DNA of 64,000 nucleotides from Orbicella franksi (Eukaryota): NCBI GenBank assembly GCA_964199315.1, contig OZ116702.1, positions 21,266,001 to 21,330,000 of the forward strand, read 5' to 3'. Shown piece by piece: positions 35,501 to 47,000 of this stretch (position 1 is its first letter; each line of letters starts with the position of its first letter). The notes under the pieces were generated by a model. It saw only the letters and a program-made list of their open reading frames with translations, ran no database searches and was not told where the DNA came from. The position numbers and the translations under genes were made by a program.

Positions 35501-36033
35501 AAAGCGCGAAATTCATTGCCTGCCTTTGGAGAGTTGTCAGTCTCTTCGTTATAAAAACTCGTTGGTAACGGATCTTTCAGTTTTTCATGCCAATATTCAG
35601 TGAAATACTTGCTAGCGTGTGACTCTCTCTCGAACAGTTTATAATGAGTGGCGATTTTTTTCACATAGCGATCTTTTTCTTCCACGTTCGCCGTGCTTTG
35701 CCAGAATGCATGCCCACACTGTAAGCCGTCAAAACGCCTGAAATTTTCGTCCCTTGTCTTGAAAAAGTGTAAACACTCGGTCTTGTTGTTTGACCAGCGC
35801 CGAGCTTTCAGCTGTAGTCCTTGACCAAGCGGAAAATACATCGTGGAGAGAAAAATATCGGCTAGCGAAGGGGCGCGAACATCGACGAATATTATCATCG
35901 CCGACATAGTGAGAGTTACCGCCAGCGAAACACAGACTATAACAAGCCGCAAGCTTGGCATGGGCCATGAAGAAGTCGCAGACGGCTTCGGCTTAGGAGT
36001 AGATGATGCGGTGCTGTTTTTCTTGGCTATCAT
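27592..36033 (-). CDS. Uncharacterised ~369-aa type II membrane protein (7 exons)
   Basis: Exons 35387-36033 (N-terminal TM LRLVIVCVSLAVTLTMSAMIIFV), 30201-30284, 28804-28931, 28481-28597, 28025-28104, 27808-27839, 27592-27613. All are GT-AG. In the internal exons I translated, the only stop-free frame was usually the one that matches the neighbouring phases (2,2,1,1,0,2); total 1110 nt. No family recognised with confidence. Confidence 0.7.
29488..29532. repeat. (TTA)n microsatellite
   Basis: About 14 TTA units. Confidence 0.95.
29533..29966. repeat. Interspersed repeat with tandem cagtgcaaaaagtgtaacac-like units and a palindromic end abutting the gap
   Basis: 3-4 tandem copies of the short unit at ~29600-29670; terminal hairpin tttctcgttcaatttggagttaatttgcac...gtgcaaattaattccaaattgaactcgaaa. 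Confidence 0.65.
29967..30116. other. Assembly gap (150 N)
   Basis: Run of N. Confidence 1.
30817..30941. repeat. Palindromic interspersed repeat (related to 38120-38230)
   Basis: aacaattattcc...gatatgag..tatagccaac...gttggccatctatc..atatccaac...gaataattg; inverted homology to the 38.1-kb copy. Confidence 0.6.
31266..32039 (-). mobile_element. 5'-truncated Penelope-like retroelement (GIY-YIG endonuclease C-terminus) with inverted pseudo-LTR
   Basis: Minus strand 31421-31956 gives ...LPFKDQ/SANAVKRQMHDLSHKIG...IVNQ*CVVYSFTCDLCGSDYVGFTARHLHQRIVEQKNSAIGKHF...FDCLVYEMLFIKDRNPILNTQ...KLFV* with one frameshift and one stop. 31266-31341 and 31964-32039 form an inverted repeat. Confidence 0.9.
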
Positions 36034-38109
36034 TGTGTTTCCCTCTTCGATGCTAAGTTCATTACAGGTCGGCTTCGCTTGTCCTCAACAAAATAGTCTG
36101 GTCTCTTTGAAATAAGCTGGCGCGGACCTCGAACGAACAGATACAGATTATCAGTCACTCGCGGACGGCTAAACTCTTACAGGTATGTAAGGCAAGTCAA
36201 AACAAACGCTATTTTTCACAATATTTTTTTCCGCGTTTCCGATAAAATATAGTTTTTGAACCAGATCAGATGGAGGTGATCGGAATCCACTACGGCACCG
36301 ATCGATGAGTGGTTTTCTCGTCGATTTCAGTCCGCTTTCTTTCTTACTTTTGTTCGATATTTTTATTAACATGCATAAATTACTCTCGCATCAAAGCTGC
36401 ATATTATTCTGTGGAGAGCAGCGCCCATGTGATTGGTGGAAAGGTGCTAATAATCAGAAAATAAACAACACCCGTTCAATGAATGGATCGCGGACCGACA
36501 GCACAATAAAATTAATTTATGAAGCTCGAAACAGCTGTTTCGCGGGTAAATAATTTAAAAACACTGACTTCGAAAGAAAATGCTCGTGGCTTATACCAGA
36601 TGATTTCGACCGTTTTGATTGTTAAGGTTTATTCACAGTTAATAGATTTCTAATGAGTGTTTCCCAAACATTAAAGAAAAGTTCCAGACTAGAATTTTAA
36701 AAACGCGTTAGAAAGGAGTTGAGCACGTAAATATACAGTCACATTGGTTTTAAGATTAAGACGTTAGCAATATTGAGAATTTCCCAGAATTGGCAGAAGA
36801 TTGAAATTTGAAATACTTAATTTACAAGAGGATAAATAACAGGAACTTAAGAAAACAACAATATATTACAATAGTGATGAAAAAGATCACAATTTAAATA
36901 GTGAAAGGAAAAGGTCCGTTATTCAGTTTAATCTCCAGATCCTACCATCTCTTAATTATAGCCAAGACAAAGTTGTTTTGAGAACATTTAGAGCTTGGAG
37001 AGAATTGGAAAAATACGAAATTATGTCCTGTAGTTCCTTGTCAAGCCTATATACATTTATGTCATCCACACATCAATTTCCATTTTCCGCCGTTGCCTTC
37101 TTTTAGCTAGTTTAGTGATTTAAGGCCGGGTCCCGTTATTAACCGAGCGCATCATTAGAAAAACTAAGCGAGGAAATTACAAAACACCACTACACGAAAT
37201 TGCACCTGTGATTCTATTGAAACTACTCCCGCAGAAATTCAGAGGAAACTCAAAACTATCTCGCAGCTGGTCTACAAGGAAAATTTCCATCATTTTTTTG
37301 TTTTTCATTGCTTTCTTACATCACTAATGAAAACGATTTGACAGTGACGGAGCGGAAGAAAACCAGATAAGACGTGACGTGCATGTAATTTTATGGCTTC
37401 GCTTTTCTCATATTGTGCAATATTTTGTAGGAAATAGTTTAAAAGTTAACTTTTTATCACCTCGATAATATGAAAGCTAGTACGTTCTACTGTGGAAAAC
37501 TAACGCTAGAAATAAGTCATTTATTACCATCTTGTTTACCACAGCCTTCCAGAAATAGAACAACAAGCCGTTAAAATGCTTAGAAACGTATGTACGTACA
37601 TGGAAACACCGGCAGATACCTGTCATAACACTTAACCTTAAATAGGCGAAAGCAACCATTACATTTGTTAACTAACGTGATTCAGCCAAAAACTGGTGAC
37701 AGCATATGTTATAATCTCTGAAACTTAGTTTCTAACTCGAGGTATTGTTAGAAAAAAATCGTTTGACATTCCTCACGCATTGATGATTTGATCTCCATTT
37801 ATGATAAGTGTTAGTTAGGGAAATACGTTCAATGACCTCTTGCTATTTTGCGGCGCAATTAATGATTTGACTTCATGCGACAAGGTAATAGCTGACATAA
37901 ATGTACTGATAGATAGTTCGTAAGCAATATTTGAACGTGTAAAATTTTCAGAAGATAGAATCTGCGATACGGTATATTCATATTTTTATACCTAAAAAAG
38001 AAGAATTAAAAGTTACAACATTACTAGAAACTATTAAACCAAAATAACCATTTAAGAATAGACATGTTGGACAGCTTGCTATAGGACTGAAAAAGATAAA
38101 TTGATCATG

Positions 38110-38428
38110 TATGTTCGTATTATTTCACGAGCGCGCGTTGGAAATGAGATTGTAGACAGTCAACGAGGCGCCAATTTGGCTATAACCATCTCATATCCAA
38201 AGAGTACCCCTGGAATGATTGCTTCACTGAAAACGCCCAAAAAATATAGAAAACTCAAATAAAATAAAAATAAAAACGATCCAAAAAAATTACGCGTATG
38301 TTTACCATATTTGTAGAGCATGGTATAATGGCTCATAACCCATGATGGCTAAGCCAATGAAAACTCTTGAATTGCATTGTCCAATGATCCTGTTTTTAAT
38401 AATTAACAATTAGACCCGTAGCCCTTGC

Positions 38429-38475
<47 letters not shown>

Positions 38476-38476
38476 C

Positions 38477-38510
<34 letters not shown>

Positions 38511-38707
38511 TAGTATCACCCAACTAGTCGGACAGAAAAGTTAGTAAAATGCAAGTTGAAGAAATATTTGTTTGGGAATAAAACGAAACAAAGCGTCACG
38601 CTCGATTGCGCCAATGTCGCTACTCGAGGACTATTACTAATAGTCCTCTACTAGCGTAGCCAATTAAAATGCAGGATTTACATTAGTCCACTAGTTGGGT
38701 GATACTA
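38110..38707. repeat. Two abutting palindromic non-autonomous elements, the second with a multi-hairpin head
   Basis: 38405-38508 is a branched palindrome (aacaattagaccc...gggtctaattgtt); 38511-38528 and 38690-38707 are an 18-bp inverted repeat (tagtatcacccaactagt). Confidence 0.7.
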
Positions 38708-39889
38708 AGGTAAATTATTATATAACTAATACAATATATTAAAAATAGTTCTCACAACGACGGCCCTGTTGTTGACTGAACATGTTGGGATTTCCTTTTA
38801 CGCTGCTGAATAAATATAAACAGTAAGGATTGAGTTTAGCGTTTGTTTGTCCATGCAAAATATGGAGTGAGTCGTGTAAGAACGGACTTGCATGTACAGG
38901 GGTTTTTCAGACAGTTTAGCCCATGCTTGGAGACCCCGGGCGCGCATAAATGGAAAGAAGGCAAAATTTTAAGTATTAATATTTCTCACGGAAGTATGTA
39001 AAATATAGCCACTAATGAGCTTGCAAGGTTAGTAAATCTTGATATAAATGTAAACCAAACTGACTAAATAGTTTGAAATTTCTACATCACAGCTGTTAAA
39101 ATTTTCAGGTACTAGAGCAGTTTTAAGGTTTTACCCCCCAAACCTAATGGCCTCAGTACAATTGGGGGGTGGGCACCATCTCTTACCAACTAAGTGTGAT
39201 TAATTGTTAGCTAGAAATACACGTCAGTTGGATGAAGGCGTCTACCAAATTAACCGAGAGTCCTAAAACATGAAGTGACGGCGACTATAGCGAACTGCTA
39301 AACTGGATGAACTCATTGAATTTACATCCTTCTCTCCCGAGAGCGTGGAACTGGAATACTGTGTCTATACATCGGAAATTGTCACTCTTATCTTCTTCAC
39401 CAGAAGTTGGTATTAATTATATCTTCTGTCCGATAATTCAGAAGAGAGTGCAAACAAAATAACCAAACATTTGACGCCGAAAACTTTCCTATATTTCTAT
39501 CGAGTTCTAAAAATACGATTTTTAACCAATCAGCGGGTGTATTTTCTTGGGCTACTTCTATCCCATTGCCGTGCATAAATTTGGAGTTAAAAGTGTAGTT
39601 ATGATATGTACCAATTAATTCCGCTAAAGATCCGTTATAAGTATTACTTTAGAAAGAGCCAAGAAGTTGTATCGAAGGGGCAAATTACTTTAGAGATTTG
39701 GTTTTCGGTGAAAGCACTAAGATTAGAAAAGAAAGTGTTTTCCTTTAGCTTTATTTCCAGCAGGCTAATGCTTCGTATTCTACAAGTACAGAATCACCTA
39801 CTGTCGCTCTTTAGTGCAAAGCAAAAGGTAAAACCTTTTTAATGGATATTTTGCTTACCTTTCTTAATTCCCACCTCTTTCCACCATCA

Positions 39890-41393
39890 TTAGTTCGACC
39901 AGAATTCCTCATAAGATAGTTCAGCATCACACATTTCGTCCGGTGGGTTTGTATTGCATCTTATCCTGTGTATAACACAGCGAATGATAAGTGACGTAAG
40001 CATGGATTAGACTTAGTAAAAAACTGCTCTATTGTATTGTATTGTAATTCTATCGTGGAGCTACCATGGCGAAAGTATCGGAAAGAACAAAAGTAAGACC
40101 CGTCAAATTTTCTCTACCCATCAAGTCCTATTCCCACGTCTTGTTCGCTGTGATATTAAGGTGGTATCTTCCCTATCGCATTTGTATAGCTTCAGTGACG
40201 TTGAAAACAATCGGGTACCTGTAACGACCATCTGATCTCCTTGTGAATTCCCACAGAGCAGGATCCTCGTGTTCAAAAGTTACAAAATGCCTTCCCATGA
40301 ACGCTGTCCAAGTCAACAAGGCATCACATAGATCGTCATCGGCACAGTTGTACCGGCTGAAAATACTGAACAAGTTCTTTCCGTGAGGCACAAGTTTCCA
40401 ATAAAAGTTTCTTCCAACCATAAGGATGGCCCCATGGTCTTTTTCACTAATAAGAGGTGCATCCTTCTTGTATCCGAGTCTTCTTTTTGTGTGTTGGTCT
40501 CTCAGTTACGCTTAAGAAGCCATGGAGCGATCATAACTCTCTATTTCAAACAGATAAACGTCATTAAGTTCGTATTCAGCTGGATCAAAACTACGGAACG
40601 ATATTGTTACCAATTTCGGACTCGCATAGCAAACCATAAGCAGAATTTTTCACACGTAAAACAAAAGGTTTTTACTGTGGAGTACTCTTTTGATAAATTT
40701 TAGATAAAACTGCTGAGAAAATTCCGAACAAACAGTCCTACACCTTGTTTTATAGAAAATATTTCTCGTGGACGATGACAAAAAAAAGTGAAATGGGTGA
40801 TATAATGCATATATTTTTGTTAAGAGTAATAATACATATATTTTTGCTATTTTTGCTAACTATATTTTCGCTGAGACAACGCCTATTCCTAAAACGTTTT
40901 TAAAAGTTGTACTACATCTTTATCTTGGTCATCGAGTGACTCAATCGAGTGGCTATAAAACTCCGCTGAATCCAAGAATGTGTACAATGGACTGGACACC
41001 GTGATGAGAGAGGGTTTTCCCCTGCAATCCAATACAGGAGAAAGTAGAGATCAGGATAGAGTCAAATGCACCTGTAATGTGGTTCTTTACTATGAATGGC
41101 TCAGTCAAAGGTCTACGATGATTCCAAATGGGCCTCGCTGGGAATGTCTGCATTTTGTTTTGTTCAGTAGGTCATTTCTAATTTTAGATGAAGTTGAATT
41201 CATAGATGGTCGATATTCTTGACATTCCACAAAAGAAATCATGACACGAAAGTGTGAATTAGAACTTATCTTTGTTCCTGTCGTTAATGTTGTTACGTTT
41301 ACCAATACCTTGTAGAGCGAACATCACCAACAACACAGCAACTAAAAACAAAATCAGTGGGAATAAATCTGTCCGTTGCGAGTTTTCCAGCAT
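39890..41393 (-). CDS. Tentative 134-aa secreted or membrane-anchored protein with two Cys/Asp-containing repeats
   Basis: Exons 41309-41393 (MLENSQRTDLFPLILFLVAVLLVMFALQG), 40916-41021 (weak gtagta donor), 40219-40356 (RYNCADDDLCDALLTWTAFMGRHF...), 39890-39965 (IRCNTNPPDEMCDAELSYEEFWSN*). Phases 1,2,2 are consistent; exon 2 is uncertain. Confidence 0.4.
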
Positions 41394-41923
41394 CTGCCTA
41401 CCATTGCATTCCACCGTACCTTCGCTTACCGCCGTTTTTTGTTCGATCTTTTCATCTGTTATCGCTGACACTCTCCGCCCGCTGGCCTTTGTCCGCTCGT
41501 TTCAACGTGATATCCTCTAAAAACGTAAGAATAAGTGCCCTGGTCGCGGAACACCTAAACATCAGAAACTCGTGCGCTCCTGCACCTGGGGTCATGCAAG
41601 ACGCTCTTCTCCAAGCCATCCGATCTTTGTCGAACCGATGAAACTCTGCAGTTCGGACAACAAACACTGCGCACTCTGAGTGACTCTGCACCCAAATGAA
41701 AACCCGGGCCATTCGCGCAAAGCATTCACTTACGGGTTGCACGGACGACAACTCCTCCACTCAGTACGAACAGTACAGCAGCCTCGAACTGCCCTCAATA
41801 CTGGTTCCGGCCATCCAATCGCAGTTACCGTACCTAAGGCGGGCAAAACTGGCGCTGATCTTGACTTCTCGACTTACTTCCCCGCTACTCTCTGCTCCGC
41901 AGAATAGCGGTAGCGCGCGGCAA

Positions 41924-42125
41924 ATGCCGGAAAGGGAAGAGGGAAGAGAGGCTTCCGCCCTTTCCCCCTTCCCATCGTCCCGCGCGCGTACGCGTAGCGC
42001 CGAGTTCAAATCCTCAGCCACGCTCTTAAATAGCCAACTGGTTTGCCTCCAGCCAGTTGGAATTCTTAACAATTTTATGTTCAATTTGAATTATTTGTTT
42101 CAGTTATTTGCTCGGCCCCACTAGC
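41924..42125 (+). mobile_element. Short GC-rich hairpin element plus 3' part of a SINE
   Basis: gcgcgcgg...ccgcgcgc inverted ends around a purine/pyrimidine mirror, followed by cgagttcaaatcctcagccacgc...tagccaactggtttgcctccagccagttgg, which resembles 2600-2690. Confidence 0.5.
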
Positions 42126-43260
42126 CTTTGTGTCTAAATATCGCTGTATCCTTTCAGACGGACTTTTGAGACTTTCGTCGCCGGTTTCCAAGGCAGCGCG
42201 GTTTATTCTTGCAGATTAATTGTTTGCTTTTAGGTGACCTACAGGTGGCTTTTTCTCTTGCTAACACTGATAACAGCTGATTCCTCGGACGTGTGCAGAA
42301 ACTGTTTGTTATTTGCTTTTATACCACAGCCGTAGAAACTTGGCAGCAACAGGACTAAACTGAATTACATCTGGTTTGCTTGTTGTCTCAATAAAGTACG
42401 TATTTCCTTTCAATGGTTACATATTTTTAAGCTTCTATTTACACATGTAACCTTGCGGAAAACAGGGAAGGAAATAACGAAAGAAACAGTAATTTGAATT
42501 TCATTGTTCAGGATAATTGTCCCTCTCCAGTTTACACCCTGAACCCCATTTGCATCGACAGCATGAGATGGAGTACGTATTAGTGAAAAACTGAGCCTAA
42601 TTTTTTTAAACCTCCTCATTCTTTATCTCTTCCTCTTCCACGATATTAACTTCCGTGCTTTTTTTTTTTTCATTTATTGCTCTCGCCTCTTTAGTGTTTT
42701 CCAACTCACAATTACTGTTATGAGATTTCATACACACAAGCATTTCGTAAAACGACAAAATACGGAAATACCACAAGGTTAATGCGATATTCCTATTTCC
42801 TTAAACTCTTACTCTTGGTGTCCACTTCAGAACAACTTGATGAAGACCTAATCAAATGTAACAGTCGTCATTTTTACCAGTGATAATGACTTAACCGGGG
42901 ACTTAACCACAATGACGCAAACATTGTAGGACCAACGTTTGAAATTGCAATTTGAGAAAGATAATCATATTTTCAGCAGCATCCCACCCATGATGAAACG
43001 AGCTCACGTGTAATGAAGATAATATTCAGACCAAGGAATTACGTAATGTGCGGTAGACCTCCTTGGAGACCTGTCCAATTCCTTCTCAAGTTTCTTATCA
43101 TCACCAGGTTCTAAGGAGTACGATCAAAGGTTTTCGTCTGTTATTCCATAGCGCCTTTCCTGTTGACATCAGACGTCAACAAGAAGGCATTGAACACGAA
43201 GATGTTTTTCCAACTTTTTGATGCGTAGTTTAGGCAAGGTACCAGTTTAATTTTGTTTAG

Positions 43261-43423
43261 CACGGTGGAACCTCGCTATCTCGAAGTCGGTTGATTGTCT
43301 CGAGCTCAAGTCATTTTCCCCCGGATATGCTTTTACCAGTCATTGCCTACCGGTTCTCGAGGCCCCGACATCTCAAACTATTTTTCGTTTACCTTGAGAG
43401 TACGAGATAGCGGGACTCTACTG
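43261..43423. mobile_element. Tc1/mariner-like MITE (same family as 10094-10274)
   Basis: cggtggaacctcgctatctcg ... cgagatagcgggactctactg imperfect TIRs. Confidence 0.6.
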
Positions 43424-43736
43424 GTGCCTGACGCTCGAGGATGCGTGTTCAAACTGTCTTATATGCACTTCTTAATTTTTGAACTACTCACTTAAATATC
43501 AATTTTTATTTCTCTCTTGTATTATACTGTATTTGTAATTTCAGAAACAGTTTTTATATTATTTATAATTAGTTATTCTTACTTATTCCGAGTGTACCCA
43601 ATTAATTTTAATTCGTATTCTTAACTGTACATTTTAAATCTCAATACATTGTAACGTAGTAGTGTCCCCAATTAGCTTCTGTAAGCTAAGTACCTACCCT
43701 GACACTTAAATAAAGTTATTATTTATTATATCTATC

Positions 43737-44060
43737 GCGACATGAAACACGAAAGACCGTGTTTGACCACATTTCTAAACAACGAGAAGACAGTTGAAAA
43801 ACCGATACGTAGCGGAGTATTTTTGACGAACCTCGAGGTGTTTGGAAATGTGGTCAATCACTGTCTACCTTCTCAATCGAAACTAAAACCATAGTTAGTA
43901 GAGGGGACTGGCCAGTCGCTGTACTAACTATGCTGACTAAGGAGAAAAAAGTCAATGCTAATTGAGATCGCACATCCAAACACCCTCACGGTAATAATTT
44001 CCTTTAAATTTGATGAATTATCAATGAGTTTCAGAAGTAAAAAATACTTTTCTCTCTGAT
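43737..44060 (-). repeat. Second copy of the 3620-3872 repeat family, carrying a 43-bp insert
   Basis: Homology by eye; insert 43890-43932 (catagttagta...tactaactatg). Confidence 0.6.
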
Positions 44061-47000
44061 CATCAATTTCTTAGAAAGCGACAACGAGTTACTGATATAT
44101 TTTTTAACATTTTTGATCAGATCATGTCTTTCCTTCCTTTGTTTTGTTTGTTTAGTATTTTTGTTTGGTTGTTTGTTTTCTTTTCTTTTACTTCAAGTTA
44201 TGGTACCACACATTTTCACATAAACAATTCTATTAGCCTTCCAAAATCTTTTCAATCTATGACAACCAGCATGTAAAATGGCGTCATTTGGCTTTTTAAT
44301 TGCCGTTGCCTTAGGTTGAGTTATCGATATCTTTGTCTTTGTTTCCGCCATGTGCGTTTTAGCAAGTGCTGATAAAAACCAAAGATGAGAATATAAAATT
44401 TATATCCGCAAATTCGAACCTGCACAGGATCTATTTCTGTCTCTTCAATAGCTATTCTTTGTATGATCATTGAGTTCACTCGAATTTCACACACAATTTA
44501 TTCTTCGACCTTTCCCACGCTTTCTGGTCTCCCTAAATATACAAGCAGTGTCAAGTAGGTGTCTGCTTTCACATGAGAGAAGTATTAAATGTTTCCGTAT
44601 TATGCATCGTGTAAACTGCGCGTTCTATTGAGGTCTATTAAATGTCTTTGAATAATTTGAATTTTTAGAATATTTTTTGTTTGCTATTGATTTCCTTTCA
44701 CCTACGTGCAAGCTGAGGTTTAGGCCTGGTACTTACTGCAGGTTAAGAACAAAAGGTTCTCTATAAGTTCTCTGTATACTATAACTGTATTCCTCTTTAC
44801 CTCCTATTGCCTTGTTTTACTCGGTGCATCTTCAGTTGCTGTTTTGTCCCAATACTTTAAAAGAGAGATCGAACCTTGTTTGCTTCCTCGATTTTATTGT
44901 GTTGGAAAGGGATTTCTTGAGAAACCTTTGTTGGGTTACGGGGAGAGTCCGTGCTAAATTGAAAATTCAACATTTCAGGAAACAACCTACGCACAAGTTC
45001 TGCTGTCTTGACCGCAATAGCGTGCAGGGCCAGAGGGGAAAAAGGAGGGAAAATATGATTAGATGTCGGTCAAGTTCCAATAAAATGAGGCACGAGGTCA
45101 CCAACAGGAGATAATTTCGGCAAAAAAAACTCTTGAATTCTTTAGAAAGGTTGGCAAGTTCTACCTACAGGTTTGCCTTGTTTACACTTCAAAGAACCTG
45201 CAGTATTCCAGTAAGTTCCTGGATGGAATACAAAACAAGAAAAGTGCGGAAAATGTGTTCATAAAGAAAAATATGTAAACATTTCAAAACCTAATGGATT
45301 AGTTCGGCGCCAAATAAACATTCTCCCGCTCTGGTTTCCCTGGCGGATGCTTGATATAACTATCCAAGTTGAAAGAGGATGTAAGTTTTACGTAGATTGA
45401 GTCTGTAGACACTCTGGTCTTATCGTACACATTGTTGCCCTGGGTTTGAAATCCAATCTAAACAAGTTAAAATAGTTTCGGGCGTGAGTGTTTATTTTTA
45501 GTGGACGCATGTCTCTACCCACGCGGTGTAAAAATATGCGCTGAAGATAAACCAATTTCCTTCTGGTTGCGTCTCAATTGTATCCAGGACTTGGACGGTG
45601 AACATACGCTCTGCTTTGAAAATCAAAGTGAGGGATTTGCAGTGGGATACTTTTCCTTTTCAGCCAGGTAAGTGTTGTAACGCTGTGTGCTTTGTTTCCT
45701 TTACTATATAAAAGAAAATAAATTCTATGCTTTAAATTTCCATAATAACTATCATTTAGCTCGCTAGTCGCCAATATTACGTAAGCAATCTCTTTGTCGA
45801 GTCCTTCTATTGCGTCACAAAGAGGATTGGAGGTAGCGTTTAATATTTCGCATGATTTCAAAGCGGCGGGTTTTTATCCTTGACAAACACACTGCTCCTT
45901 CTCTTGGGCAAATCTTCATAAATAACAACTAGTTGCATGTTTATCTTCCGAATATCAAAGTTTTGCGCCCATTCATCCCTAGCCTTGCATAAATTTTCCG
46001 TGTATTTATTGAGGAGCACTATCCAGTTGAGTTTTCCTAGGAAATAACTAAGTTGCAATCTGTTTTCACTCACATGCTAATGACGAGCTTAAGGGGAACA
46101 ATTTTCCACTTGCTTAGCCCCGTTGGTATGGATAGTCTACTAGTTAATCCTGGATTATATATTTTTCAAATATTCACCTTTCATATCTCAGAGAAAACTT
46201 GAGAACAAGGAGGAAAATAACAGGCCACAACCACTTTTAAATTCGGCTAGTTGTCGCGCTATCTCTTTCCGCCGCAACGTATTACACGCAGATGTCGGTC
46301 TTTTTTCCAAATATATATCATGTTACCCGATAACAAAGTGCAAAATGTTCTTGTAGAAATTGAAGTACAAAATTTAAAGTACTTAGCGGTCCCACTAGCA
46401 AGAAAGATTTATTTTCAGGCTCAACATGTCGCTTGTAGCAATGAACAGCAGGGGTTACAGGAAGTTTGTGCTTAGAAGGGTTCACGTCCTGAGTTATTTT
46501 ATCCCACGTCTCATGTTATATATGAGTAACGCTTTTCAACCGTTCTCTCTCAGGAACGTATTTCCTTAGTGCCGGTACAGCTCCCATAAAATACTGGTCA
46601 CTGATCAATGTTTACTTCGCTGTCATGGCTTCAAACCTTTCTCATAAAGAGCAAGTTTCGCTGATCCTGACTTCTATCTTTTTCGTAACAAGATCTTTCG
46701 ACCTCGAACTAGAGACCACGAGTCCCAGCTTTTATTTTTCTCCTCAAAAACAAATAAGCATTAGTGTGTTAAGACAGTCCAAAGTCAAGGGCATGCGTCA
46801 CGCGTGAACACGTGTAATTCCTAAAAGAAGCCGAACGGCAGATGGTACTGCACCGTTGTTAAACAGGAATACAGCTCAAATAAACGTCCTAGAAAAGTCC
46901 CTCAGCTTTCGTGCAGCATTCGTTTGCCAGGAAATATGGTTGCCTATTTCATAAGAGGGTTTTGATAACGCCCACTGTTTTGAGAGGTTCTCAGGTGGTT

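Noticed and set aside
41452-41760. 102-aa minus-strand ORF upstream of the secreted-protein candidate
   Set aside because: It has no recognisable motif and sits in GC-rich 5' or promoter sequence where open frames persist; at most a uORF.
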